Source: a virus
Strand: one strand, 5' to 3'
Virus record (IMG/VR): IMGVR_UViG_3300042402_002841
Location: 32,001 to 96,000 of that record
Length of the DNA: 64,000 nucleotides
Made by a program: the position numbers and the translations under genes
In this document: one piece after another, positions 26,647 to 35,281 of the stretch
How positions within the stretch are numbered: position 1 is the first letter of the stretch
How the letters are laid out: each line of letters starts with the position of its first letter
Notes under the pieces: generated by a model
Database searches by the model: none
What the model was told of the DNA's origin: nothing
Seen by the model: only the letters and a program-made list of their open reading frames with translations

Positions 26647-28496
26647 TATCCCTCCTTCTTTTTAGGAAGTTTTTTTAGAACTGGCTTGGGTGCGTATTTG
26701 TCAATAATTGACTCTATTTCTTTTCTTGCTATTTCTTTTAGCGCATCAAGTCCGTACTTTTTCTTTGGTCCTGGTGTTTGCCATGTGTTTTCAGTCATTA
26801 TGTCAATGCCTTCCCTGTTGGTAAACACGACATCTTGAACACCAAAAGAGACAAGTCTTTTCTTGAGTTCAATCGCTGCCTCATATTCAAGAAGATATGA
26901 CAAATACTTGGGCGTATGGCCACCGCCTATTGTTCCATCTTTTTCAAAAAAATCTCTTATTTTGTCTTCGCTAAGTTTTCTTGAACGCATCATTAGTGTC
27001 AGTCGTGACTGACCACCAATTCTATTCCCATCAGACACTTTCTTTTTTCTTATATTAAATATTGATAAAGGTATTTTTATATGCTCAATATCGTTGAGTG
27101 ATATTTCTCCAACAATAAACGCCTCAATAGAATCATCATCGTTTCTTACCAAAAGACTTGAAGGGTCTCCGCTTATGTAGGCATCCAATATCTCTATGAG
27201 GCCTGATTGACCAATATTTCCATCTCCACCAAATATTGCTAATTCAATTATTCTTTCGTCTTCTTCCGTTATGAACGAGAATACTCCACCATCTTCGTAT
27301 GAGTTTTTCTTTCCGTAACCTATTCGTGGTGCATTTTCTGCTCTTAAAACAATTTCAATACCGCGACCCGAATCCGTGAACTCTTCCGAACCGACTCTTG
27401 TTCCATAAGAGTAAAGCATTTCTTCTGTTTTTCTTACAAATGTTCCATGCATCAATTCAACTGGCACAAGAGAAAATCTAGATATTTCTCTTTTGTTACC
27501 CAATCTTCTATCTCTTTGTTTTTTTAACAATTCCAAAGACTGACTATTTACATTAATATTTAATATGGTGCCATTGTCCAAAAAATCTTCAAGAGAAGAC
27601 TTGGTCATGCTTACCCTGGCTCTCCTGTCAATATCTTGATGAATAAGTAGTGCAACGGCCTTAACTGCGAGTCTTATTTCATTTTCTGAACTAGAAGAAA
27701 TAAGTTTTCTGACCTTAGGGTTAATGTCTTCAAAAATTTTTGTTCTAATATCTGTTTTTATCTCTTTAATTGATTCTTTCAAATTAAATTCGTAATTACT
27801 GTAATACTCTTGAATTGGTATTCTTTTTTCGTTATATTTAACATATTCTGGTGTAAACATAGACAGGCCAGCATCTCTTGCTGCCTCAATTATTGACTCG
27901 GATTTTTCAAGAGTCATTTTTCCTATTTCGCTTTGTGAATTTGATGTACCAGAAGAAAGTAGTATGTTTTTTCTTTCTTTTCTTGCTTTGTCTGCTCTTT
28001 GTTTTGCAGCAAGTGAAATTTTCTTATCACCTGTAGTTTTTTCAATGCCTCTAGCAGTATCTTCTATTGCCTTCATGTAATCAGATGCGGACATTTGACT
28101 AACAAGTTCTGCTTCAAGTTGACCGTCTTCACTAACACCAGTAAATTTTATTTTTCCTGGTGGTATAACTAATTCGCTTGATGAAGATTTTCCATCTTTA
28201 AATTTTCCTTTAGAGCCAGCAGGAATAGCGACTCTAACTTTTGATTTTTTCTTAACCTCTGGCTTTTGGCCGCCCAATGTTTGACCTAATTGTTTTACAA
28301 AAACACCATCAGAAAGTCTGTTTATTGATTTTACTGCTGGTTCTTTGTTCTCTTTTTGTTCAGCATTTATTCTTGTAAGTTTTTTAATTAAAAGCAATAT
28401 TCTTTCAATCATTTCTTGGTCTTCAGTAGATGAAAGCATTGTTTTTAATTCGTTTATTTGAATTAAAATTTGGTCTTCTGGTGAATTGGGTATCAT
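26646..28496 (-). CDS. Hypothetical head-cluster protein, possibly with degenerate ART-like segments
   Basis: 616 aa; VKQLGQTLGG; VRVAIPAGSKG..ELVIPPG. Confidence 0.7.
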   Translation of the reverse strand: MIPNSPEDQILIQINELKTMLSSTEDQEMIERILLLIKKLTRINAEQKENKEPAVKSINRLSDGVFVKQLGQTLGGQKPEVKKKSKVRVAIPAGSKGKFKDGKSSSSELVIPPGKIKFTGVSEDGQLEAELVSQMSASDYMKAIEDTARGIEKTTGDKKISLAAKQRADKARKERKNILLSSGTSNSQSEIGKMTLEKSESIIEAARDAGLSMFTPEYVKYNEKRIPIQEYYSNYEFNLKESIKEIKTDIRTKIFEDINPKVRKLISSSSENEIRLAVKAVALLIHQDIDRRARVSMTKSSLEDFLDNGTILNINVNSQSLELLKKQRDRRLGNKREISRFSLVPVELMHGTFVRKTEEMLYSYGTRVGSEEFTDSGRGIEIVLRAENAPRIGYGKKNSYEDGGVFSFITEEDERIIELAIFGGDGNIGQSGLIEILDAYISGDPSSLLVRNDDDSIEAFIVGEISLNDIEHIKIPLSIFNIRKKKVSDGNRIGGQSRLTLMMRSRKLSEDKIRDFFEKDGTIGGGHTPKYLSYLLEYEAAIELKKRLVSFGVQDVVFTNREGIDIMTENTWQTPGPKKKYGLDALKEIARKEIESIIDKYAPKPVLKKLPKKKEG

Positions 28497-28505
28497 TTTG
28501 AAATC

Positions 28506-31500
28506 CTATAAAAACTTAATGTCTGATGACTTGTAGTGTAATTGTTTTAATTGCTCAATTGGAACATCAAGAAATTCTGAAAGCATTTTAAAGTGCTCCT
28601 CTTTAGGCATAAAAAACTTTGTTTTTTTGCCAGGAAACATATATGTCATCAGTTCTGCAATATATTCACTTTTCTTTGTCATTGCGTATCTGCTAATTTC
28701 TCCAGCCAATTCCTGGTCTTCTGCGCTTAGCGAATAATTAATCAAATCAATTTTTTCAATGCCATTTCTCTCTGCATAAGAAATTGCTTCTTCTAGCCTG
28801 TCAATTTGTTCAGCAGTATCTTGTTCATACTTTTTTCTTGCTTTTCGGTTTTTACCCATAGCCATTGCATGAATAGTGTGACTGAGTTCGTGTCTCAAGA
28901 TGTCATCTGTAGGGATGGGCCAGTCAACGGCTTTTGATACAACCTCTTCTTGGTTCACCACTCTTGGTGGAAAAGCCAAAAATCCATATTCTGGGAAATA
29001 CTCTCCTTCAATAGATTCCCACCTGTAAGGGTCTTGATACATTTGTTCCCTATTAAATCTTCCAGGTGCGGCTCCATTTTTTGTAACAATCATTGGAGGT
29101 ATGTCAAATTCTCCAAGAAGTTCTTCAAAACCTGGAGAATCATTTAATGTTTTGTCCAACTTGGCGTTCAATCTGGATTGAGCCTCCCAGTCAATTTCCA
29201 TAATATTTATTAAATCAAGTATCTCTTGTTCACTCTTTTTGCCTTGAGTAAATGGAGATTCCTTGAGAATACTGAGCAACTCTGAGGTGTTTGTTGGTAT
29301 TGCTCTTGAAATAAGTTCTTGCCTTGTTTTAGGTTTTTCGCGAGGCTTACTATCTACTCTAAATTTTTTTGTAATTTTTTTACCAGAGCGTCTTGCTGCC
29401 GAAGATGACGCAAGACCAGTTCTTCCTGATTCTTCAAACATGTCTTCAAACGGGTCGCTGTATGGAACAGATGGAACACTTGGCGCTTCTGGTGAATAAT
29501 CTTCAAATGGGTCAGAAATAGATGGACTAGAAAATGCGGCAGGTACTGTCTCTTCAGCAAATGGGTCATTGAGTGAACCCCCAGACCTTGACGCTAAAAG
29601 ACCAGTCTGATATTCGGACCACCCTGGCTGATTTGCTAAAGCAGGATTATTGTCAACCGACTGGTTGCCCGAAGAATCACTTACATGTTCAGTCCATACT
29701 TGACCGTTAAAGTACCTAAACTGACCTGGCTTAGATGGGTCTGGACTCCACCCTGCTGAAGCACCAGGTCCAACTGCATCTGGTTTTTCTCTTCCCTCTC
29801 TCCGACGCCTAAGGCGCTCTCTAGCGCTTCCAGCAATTTCAAAAGCCTGTCCTCTTGCCGATTCTGTTAGTTCTGATACTTTTTCTCTAGTTGCTTCCGC
29901 TAGTTCTAAAGAACGCTCCTGAAATGCGGAACCCATTTCAAGTGCTTTTCTTCTGTTTTCTTCTGTCAGTAGTCTGTCTCTGGTTGCTTCTGCTGCTTGA
30001 ATAATTTCATCTGGCAAACCTTCTGATGCAATCCTATTTAATCCATGCTTTATTATTTTGTCCGCAACAGATTGGTCAATCATTCCACGCTCAACCATTA
30101 CCTCTAGTGCTTTTTCTCCCGCATCTCTACCACCTCTTCTTGCGAGTGGGACTATTGCTCCAGCAGGTCCACCAGCGGAAAATCCAATTGCCATTTCTCC
30201 AATTAGTTGAACAACATCTGCTTGTTCTGGGTTGACCCCAACTCTTTCAATAAGTTTTCTTCCAGTCCTACTTCCAAGCATTCTGCCCACCGCAGTGGCG
30301 GTCATGCTTCCACTAGGTGTAAAACTCGCAAGACCACCTCTGTCGTCTTGTTCCTCACCCATGATTTTTGCAGACTGAATTGAAGGAATGGAATACATGG
30401 AGCCAGGTTCGGTGTCTGCGATTGAATCAATTTCAATTTCTACAACAATGTCTTCCTCTATAACCGTTTTTTCAAGCGCTTGCATTGCTGGGGATGCAGA
30501 ATCAATATCGCTATCAGTTACAGAATCAGGAGGGGTAATGCCATGCCTTCTAAATGCACTCAAAACTTCTGCATTTGATTCAAGTTCAAACTCTAAATCT
30601 GGAGCAGAACGAGAAGCCAGATAAGAAATGGGAGGATTATCGGAAACAAAATCAATTGCTTCTATTTCTTCTGCGCTTAATCTTGCTTCTTGAGAAGATT
30701 TTCTTAATGCATTTCTTCCTACTGAAGCACCAAGCCTGTCAGGATATGGCCCATTTTCTACAATCGTAAGAATGTCATGAACTGCTGGTGCAAAACCACG
30801 ACCTACTCTCTGAAAGAGTGATTCATACATTTCAATTTCTTCTTGGATTTGTTCAAGGTCTGCTCGGAATTCACTAATATCATCATATGTGTCTGTAGTG
30901 CTTGTGTTTCCTTGTTGTCTTCTTTCTTCGTATCTTCTTCTTGCTTCTTCTGACTTTATTTTAAACTCATTTGCCCCATTACGAAGATGAGTAATAGCAG
31001 ACATAAGTTTTCTTTTTTCTTCTGGGGTTATGTTTTCCCCTCTTTGTGCCTTTTGTCCAATTTCTTCAAGTTCCTCAAAAGACATACCCATTGTGTCTAC
31101 AAGGTTGTTTAAAAGTTCTTTTTTCTGCGTATCTCTAAGGCGGTGTCCTTTTCTGATGCGCATATTTCTCGCACTTCTAAACATTCCCCACAAGCCACCT
31201 TTGCCATCTTCTCCGTAAAGATGCTCCTCAATGTCTTGGTTGGTAAATCTTTCTTCCTTAATCATTCGTGGAACTTTGCCGTGTCTATCCTTTTCAAATG
31301 GGTCAACAGGACCACGGGGTGTTCTTCCTGTGGGTGCCGAAGGACGACGGGGTGTCTTTATTACTCCTGCGCCTTCGGGAAGCGTCGGCTCAACCAACAC
31401 TCCTGGAGTGATTGGTCTCTTAGGTTTAACTGGCTTAGGTGAATCAATCGGAGCATCTGGTCTTCTCCCAGGAATAATTAAATCACCATCTGGCACTGGT

Positions 31501-33740
31501 GGTGCTCCAGGAACTATTAATGGACCCCAGTGAGGAGATGTTGAGCCAGGAATAATAAGCCCACTTGGTGAGGGCGGTACAGAATCTATTATTTCTATTT
31601 CTTTTTCTGGCAAGAAAGCGTCAAGGACTTCATCAACTTCTGGATTATCTCCTATTAATCCAACTTCTCTGTTTGCAACAAGTTCTGCGTGCGTTTCAAA
31701 AAACGCCAAATTTCTAGCCTGATTAAACGCACGAGGGTTTCTTGTGTCCGCAAGTACACCGAGAGCCTCTTGTTGCTTGACTTGAGAATATTGGCCTGCA
31801 AGAGCATCAAGTCTTCTATCAATTAAATCATTAAAACTTATTCCAAAAACTTGAGCAATGTTTTCATCAGAAGCAGTGTCAATAAATTCTTGCACTACAG
31901 ACATGAGTTCACTGTTAGTTAATGCGTCAAAGTTTTCATCAGGATAAGAAAGTTTGAACCATTCAAATACTGCGTCGTATTGTTTTTTGTGGGTCATTTC
32001 GTGTGCGCCAACTTGGGCACCAAAGTCTTCCCATCCGTTCCCAGCCTCAGCCGCAAGGTCTGTTGAATATGTTTCAACCCACCTTCTTGATTTTTCGTCA
32101 CCACTCATGGCTTCCGTGATTGCTCTCCATTGGTCATCAATGTCGCCACCAGTAGCCTCATAAAGGTCCATGTATCCAGGACCTGGACCTTCTCTGTACC
32201 CCTGTATTGCTGGACCAGAACCTATGTAGATATCTGTCGGGCGAGCGACACCGCCTAACCCTTCAAAATCAAAGTTGCTCCTCCCTTTACTATCAACAAA
32301 GTAACCGAAGTCAACATATATTTCAAAAGGCTTACCGTTTTCAGTTTTAAAAGTTTCTGGATTTTTTGATGCTTCAACAAGTATTTGTTTAAAAGCACCA
32401 ATTCTGAATTTTTTTTCTCTTTCAATTGCTGCGTCAATAAAATTTGTTATGGTGTCGGGTATTCCATCTCTCTTTGCTTCTTCATATGCTGCAATAATTG
32501 CATCTTTGTCTAGCAAGCCAGTTTTTCTTCTTATGGCATCAAGATGCATTTCTACCGTTGTATCAATTACCCACTTTTCATGTTCTTCTGGGGACCCGCC
32601 CATAAATAATTTTTCAAATTGACCAGGAAGAGATGGCGCATCTGGGTCTTCGCTTTGACCAGAACTAAATGGCGCATCTGGGTCTTCGCTCATCGCTCTA
32701 AAAATTTCACCTAAAGCAAGGTATTCGTCTGGCTCCGTAATGCCGTATTTTGTTTTTAAGTCGTTGATGACTTTGTTTTTTTCATCCCTAACCCTGTTCA
32801 TTCTTGCTTCTGCGCCTCTTGTTGCATCCATGACATCTCTCACTCTTGCAACCACGCTTGAAACATAGGAAGGGTCATCTTCTCCTGCGTCGCCAACTAG
32901 TCCTTCCCCTATTCCAGCCCTTGATGCAAGACTCCTCAAGCCATCAATACCGTTCTCCTTGTAGGCTTTTCTAATCTCATAAGCAGACACACCTATATTC
33001 ATAAGCGATTCTGTGACACGAGACCTATTGCCTGGAGCGCTCATGATATTGCTTAAAGAACTGGCAATGTTTTGTATTTGGCTCGCAGAAATACCAAAGC
33101 AACCCTCTCCTCTTTCGTTGGTAAACCTGTTTGCGGCAGGCGTTCCTGGTGGACACCTAAACTTACCGAGTGAGTCAATAACTAACCCCATGGCTCTTGC
33201 CGCTCTTGCCGCAAGTTTTCCTGCAGGGTTTCTTTCACCAATAGTTTTTCCCAAAGATTTTATTTCTGGCTCAAAACCCTGAGACTTCATTGGTTCTCCA
33301 GTTTTTGGATTTACTGGATATCTAGTAACTTTTGCTACTGCTGTTTTTGGTTTTGGAAGACTATTTGTTGGTGCATTGCGGTCCATCCAACCCCAGTTTG
33401 GTACTGGGTCTGGAGAACGAAGCGCTTCAATTCTTTCTGACTCTGTTACATAGTGTTTAAAATACTGACCTTCTTTTTTAGTTGCGTCAGGGTCATAAAC
33501 AACGCCATTAATATTTTTGTAATTTGTTCCCTTTTCTAGTCCACGCTTTTTTCCGTCAGTATTGGGACTAGTAGGCATGGCGACCTTGACTGATACATCG
33601 GCAATTAATCTCTCTGATGTAGAGATAATTTTATTGCCAGCCTTGAATGTCAATGCAGCAGCGTCTGCGTCAAGGCGTGTTGTTCTGCTATTGAACCCAG
33701 GTGCGTAATGGCGAATTTTATTGATGTTCACCCCCGTCAT
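28506..33740 (-). CDS. Giant multidomain protein: RCPxG tag, two HExxH metallopeptidase domains, DUF2510-like motif, GLAS motifs
   Basis: AHEMTH; RHELSH..SRYAMTKKSEYIAE; AGWSPDPSKPGQFRYFNGQVWTEH. Confidence 0.8.
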   Translation of the reverse strand: MTGVNINKIRHYAPGFNSRTTRLDADAAALTFKAGNKIISTSERLIADVSVKVAMPTSPNTDGKKRGLEKGTNYKNINGVVYDPDATKKEGQYFKHYVTESERIEALRSPDPVPNWGWMDRNAPTNSLPKPKTAVAKVTRYPVNPKTGEPMKSQGFEPEIKSLGKTIGERNPAGKLAARAARAMGLVIDSLGKFRCPPGTPAANRFTNERGEGCFGISASQIQNIASSLSNIMSAPGNRSRVTESLMNIGVSAYEIRKAYKENGIDGLRSLASRAGIGEGLVGDAGEDDPSYVSSVVARVRDVMDATRGAEARMNRVRDEKNKVINDLKTKYGITEPDEYLALGEIFRAMSEDPDAPFSSGQSEDPDAPSLPGQFEKLFMGGSPEEHEKWVIDTTVEMHLDAIRRKTGLLDKDAIIAAYEEAKRDGIPDTITNFIDAAIEREKKFRIGAFKQILVEASKNPETFKTENGKPFEIYVDFGYFVDSKGRSNFDFEGLGGVARPTDIYIGSGPAIQGYREGPGPGYMDLYEATGGDIDDQWRAITEAMSGDEKSRRWVETYSTDLAAEAGNGWEDFGAQVGAHEMTHKKQYDAVFEWFKLSYPDENFDALTNSELMSVVQEFIDTASDENIAQVFGISFNDLIDRRLDALAGQYSQVKQQEALGVLADTRNPRAFNQARNLAFFETHAELVANREVGLIGDNPEVDEVLDAFLPEKEIEIIDSVPPSPSGLIIPGSTSPHWGPLIVPGAPPVPDGDLIIPGRRPDAPIDSPKPVKPKRPITPGVLVEPTLPEGAGVIKTPRRPSAPTGRTPRGPVDPFEKDRHGKVPRMIKEERFTNQDIEEHLYGEDGKGGLWGMFRSARNMRIRKGHRLRDTQKKELLNNLVDTMGMSFEELEEIGQKAQRGENITPEEKRKLMSAITHLRNGANEFKIKSEEARRRYEERRQQGNTSTTDTYDDISEFRADLEQIQEEIEMYESLFQRVGRGFAPAVHDILTIVENGPYPDRLGASVGRNALRKSSQEARLSAEEIEAIDFVSDNPPISYLASRSAPDLEFELESNAEVLSAFRRHGITPPDSVTDSDIDSASPAMQALEKTVIEEDIVVEIEIDSIADTEPGSMYSIPSIQSAKIMGEEQDDRGGLASFTPSGSMTATAVGRMLGSRTGRKLIERVGVNPEQADVVQLIGEMAIGFSAGGPAGAIVPLARRGGRDAGEKALEVMVERGMIDQSVADKIIKHGLNRIASEGLPDEIIQAAEATRDRLLTEENRRKALEMGSAFQERSLELAEATREKVSELTESARGQAFEIAGSARERLRRRREGREKPDAVGPGASAGWSPDPSKPGQFRYFNGQVWTEHVSDSSGNQSVDNNPALANQPGWSEYQTGLLASRSGGSLNDPFAEETVPAAFSSPSISDPFEDYSPEAPSVPSVPYSDPFEDMFEESGRTGLASSSAARRSGKKITKKFRVDSKPREKPKTRQELISRAIPTNTSELLSILKESPFTQGKKSEQEILDLINIMEIDWEAQSRLNAKLDKTLNDSPGFEELLGEFDIPPMIVTKNGAAPGRFNREQMYQDPYRWESIEGEYFPEYGFLAFPPRVVNQEEVVSKAVDWPIPTDDILRHELSHTIHAMAMGKNRKARKKYEQDTAEQIDRLEEAISYAERNGIEKIDLINYSLSAEDQELAGEISRYAMTKKSEYIAELMTYMFPGKKTKFFMPKEEHFKMLSEFLDVPIEQLKQLHYKSSDIKFL
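32633..32690. repeat. In-frame direct repeat, 36-nt period (SEDPDAP x2)
   Basis: ATGGCGCATCTGGGTCTTCGCT at 32633 and 32669. Confidence 0.85.
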
Positions 33741-33757
33741 AGCGGGCCACGCTTTCT

Positions 33758-35212
33758 CTAGATTGTTGGGTCTGTATCTTTGACCTCTGCCTCAAGAAGT
33801 TCAAACTCAATGAGTGATGCCATAAGGTCTGAATCTACTTCACCAGACTTTTCTTCAACTACTTTTGCTCCACCAGTAACCCAGTTGGCAGGAATCAACT
33901 TCTCTTGTCCAAGAGCCTTTGCTCTCTTCATGATGTGCTTTTTGGCTGCTTCTTTGTCTTTGGCGCGACCAAATGCGCTAATTGCATTCTTTAGGTCGTC
34001 AGTGTTGGAAATTGGATAAGAACCGTCTGGAAGAGCAGTTCCTTCTTTTGCCATCTGTGTACGAACATCCTCACTGAATGCTCTCTTAAGGGCGATTTCT
34101 GCGGCTTCTGCCTCAATTGCTTCTGCCTCTTCTGGCTCGTACTTGTCGTATCCAAGAACTTCGCCATCAAGTGAAACGAAAACATCGTAGGACTTTCCGT
34201 CAACGCCTTCAATTTCAACGGCGTATGAATCAAATCCTTCAAAAATGTCTGGCTCAACAGCGATTACTTCACCCTCAATTGACTTAACAGCAATTTCTGC
34301 TGCTTCATGGAAATCAATAACCATCATTGAGTCAAGAGCGGACTTTTGTTCAAAAGCGTTGTCATCAAGTTTATGGAAACCAAGAACTTCTGCAGTTGTT
34401 CCATCAATGTAAACCTCAACGGCTCTTCCGTCTTTTGCCTGAACATCAACAACAAACATGTCCGCATCAGACGAGTAGCCAGAGTCAAGAACCTTGCCCT
34501 TAAACATCTGCTCTGCAATACCCTCTACTGAAAGCAAGCCTGGCATTCCACGCTCTGGAACACATCCACCAGGACAATCGTCACAAACTCCCGAACCACC
34601 AGGGTAAACCTTGCGCTCAATTGCACACATGTAGGCGTTTCTTCCGAGTTCAGCAGACTTTTCCCCAAGGCTCATCAGACGCTTTTTTCTGGCTGCCTCA
34701 AGGTCTGTGCCACCCATGTCCGACATATCGTCGTCTTCTTCCTCTTCTTCGTCCTCTTCTTCCTCTTCGTCGTCATCTTCGTCGTCTGCATCCATATCAA
34801 CAGGCATTTTTTTCTTAGAGGTTGGCATTGAGGTCATTTCCTCATCGTCTTCATCTTCTTCTTCGTCGTCGCCAGGCATTCCCATTCCCATGCCCTTTTG
34901 GCGCTTTTTCATCTCTTCCATCATCATGCCGTCGTCCCAGTCTTTACCACCTTTTTCGTAGTAATCGTCGGACTCCGTGACGGGAACCATTTTCATTTGC
35001 ACTGGCATTGCACCGCACTTGCCGCAAACCTTTGCTCCTGGCGTATAACCGCAGTCGGCAGCGTTTGCGCCTTTTGCGCACTTGAGAACATTGCCGTCTG
35101 CATCAACGCTGACTTCAACTTTTTCGTCCATTATGAACTCCTGTTGTCGGTGAGTAAGGACACGAATGTCAATACCAAGTGTGAATCTGTTTGTAAAAGT
35201 ATAACTTAGCAC
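33758..35212 (-). CDS. Acidic protein with Cys clusters, PepSY-like repeats and a DUF6582-like C-terminus (likely start ATG 35131)
   Basis: CGKC, CDDC; D/E tract; EAAEIA..EGEVIAVE..YAVEI..GKSYDVFV..DGEVL; ALPDGSYPI..DLKNAI..GRA; AGGAG before ATG 35131. Confidence 0.75.
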   Translation of the reverse strand: MLSYTFTNRFTLGIDIRVLTHRQQEFIMDEKVEVSVDADGNVLKCAKGANAADCGYTPGAKVCGKCGAMPVQMKMVPVTESDDYYEKGGKDWDDGMMMEEMKKRQKGMGMGMPGDDEEEDEDDEEMTSMPTSKKKMPVDMDADDEDDDEEEEEDEEEEEDDDMSDMGGTDLEAARKKRLMSLGEKSAELGRNAYMCAIERKVYPGGSGVCDDCPGGCVPERGMPGLLSVEGIAEQMFKGKVLDSGYSSDADMFVVDVQAKDGRAVEVYIDGTTAEVLGFHKLDDNAFEQKSALDSMMVIDFHEAAEIAVKSIEGEVIAVEPDIFEGFDSYAVEIEGVDGKSYDVFVSLDGEVLGYDKYEPEEAEAIEAEAAEIALKRAFSEDVRTQMAKEGTALPDGSYPISNTDDLKNAISAFGRAKDKEAAKKHIMKRAKALGQEKLIPANWVTGGAKVVEEKSGEVDSDLMASLIEFELLEAEVKDTDPTI

Positions 35213-35281
35213 GCCGTTCCCCGAGAGGACGGCTACTAATTTGACTATAAAATGATGTTATTCCTGTTGTGTTCTATGTTT

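Noticed and set aside
34700-34930. TCT/TCG/TCA trinucleotide-like repeats
   Set aside because: Simply encode the Asp/Glu tract of the minus-strand protein.
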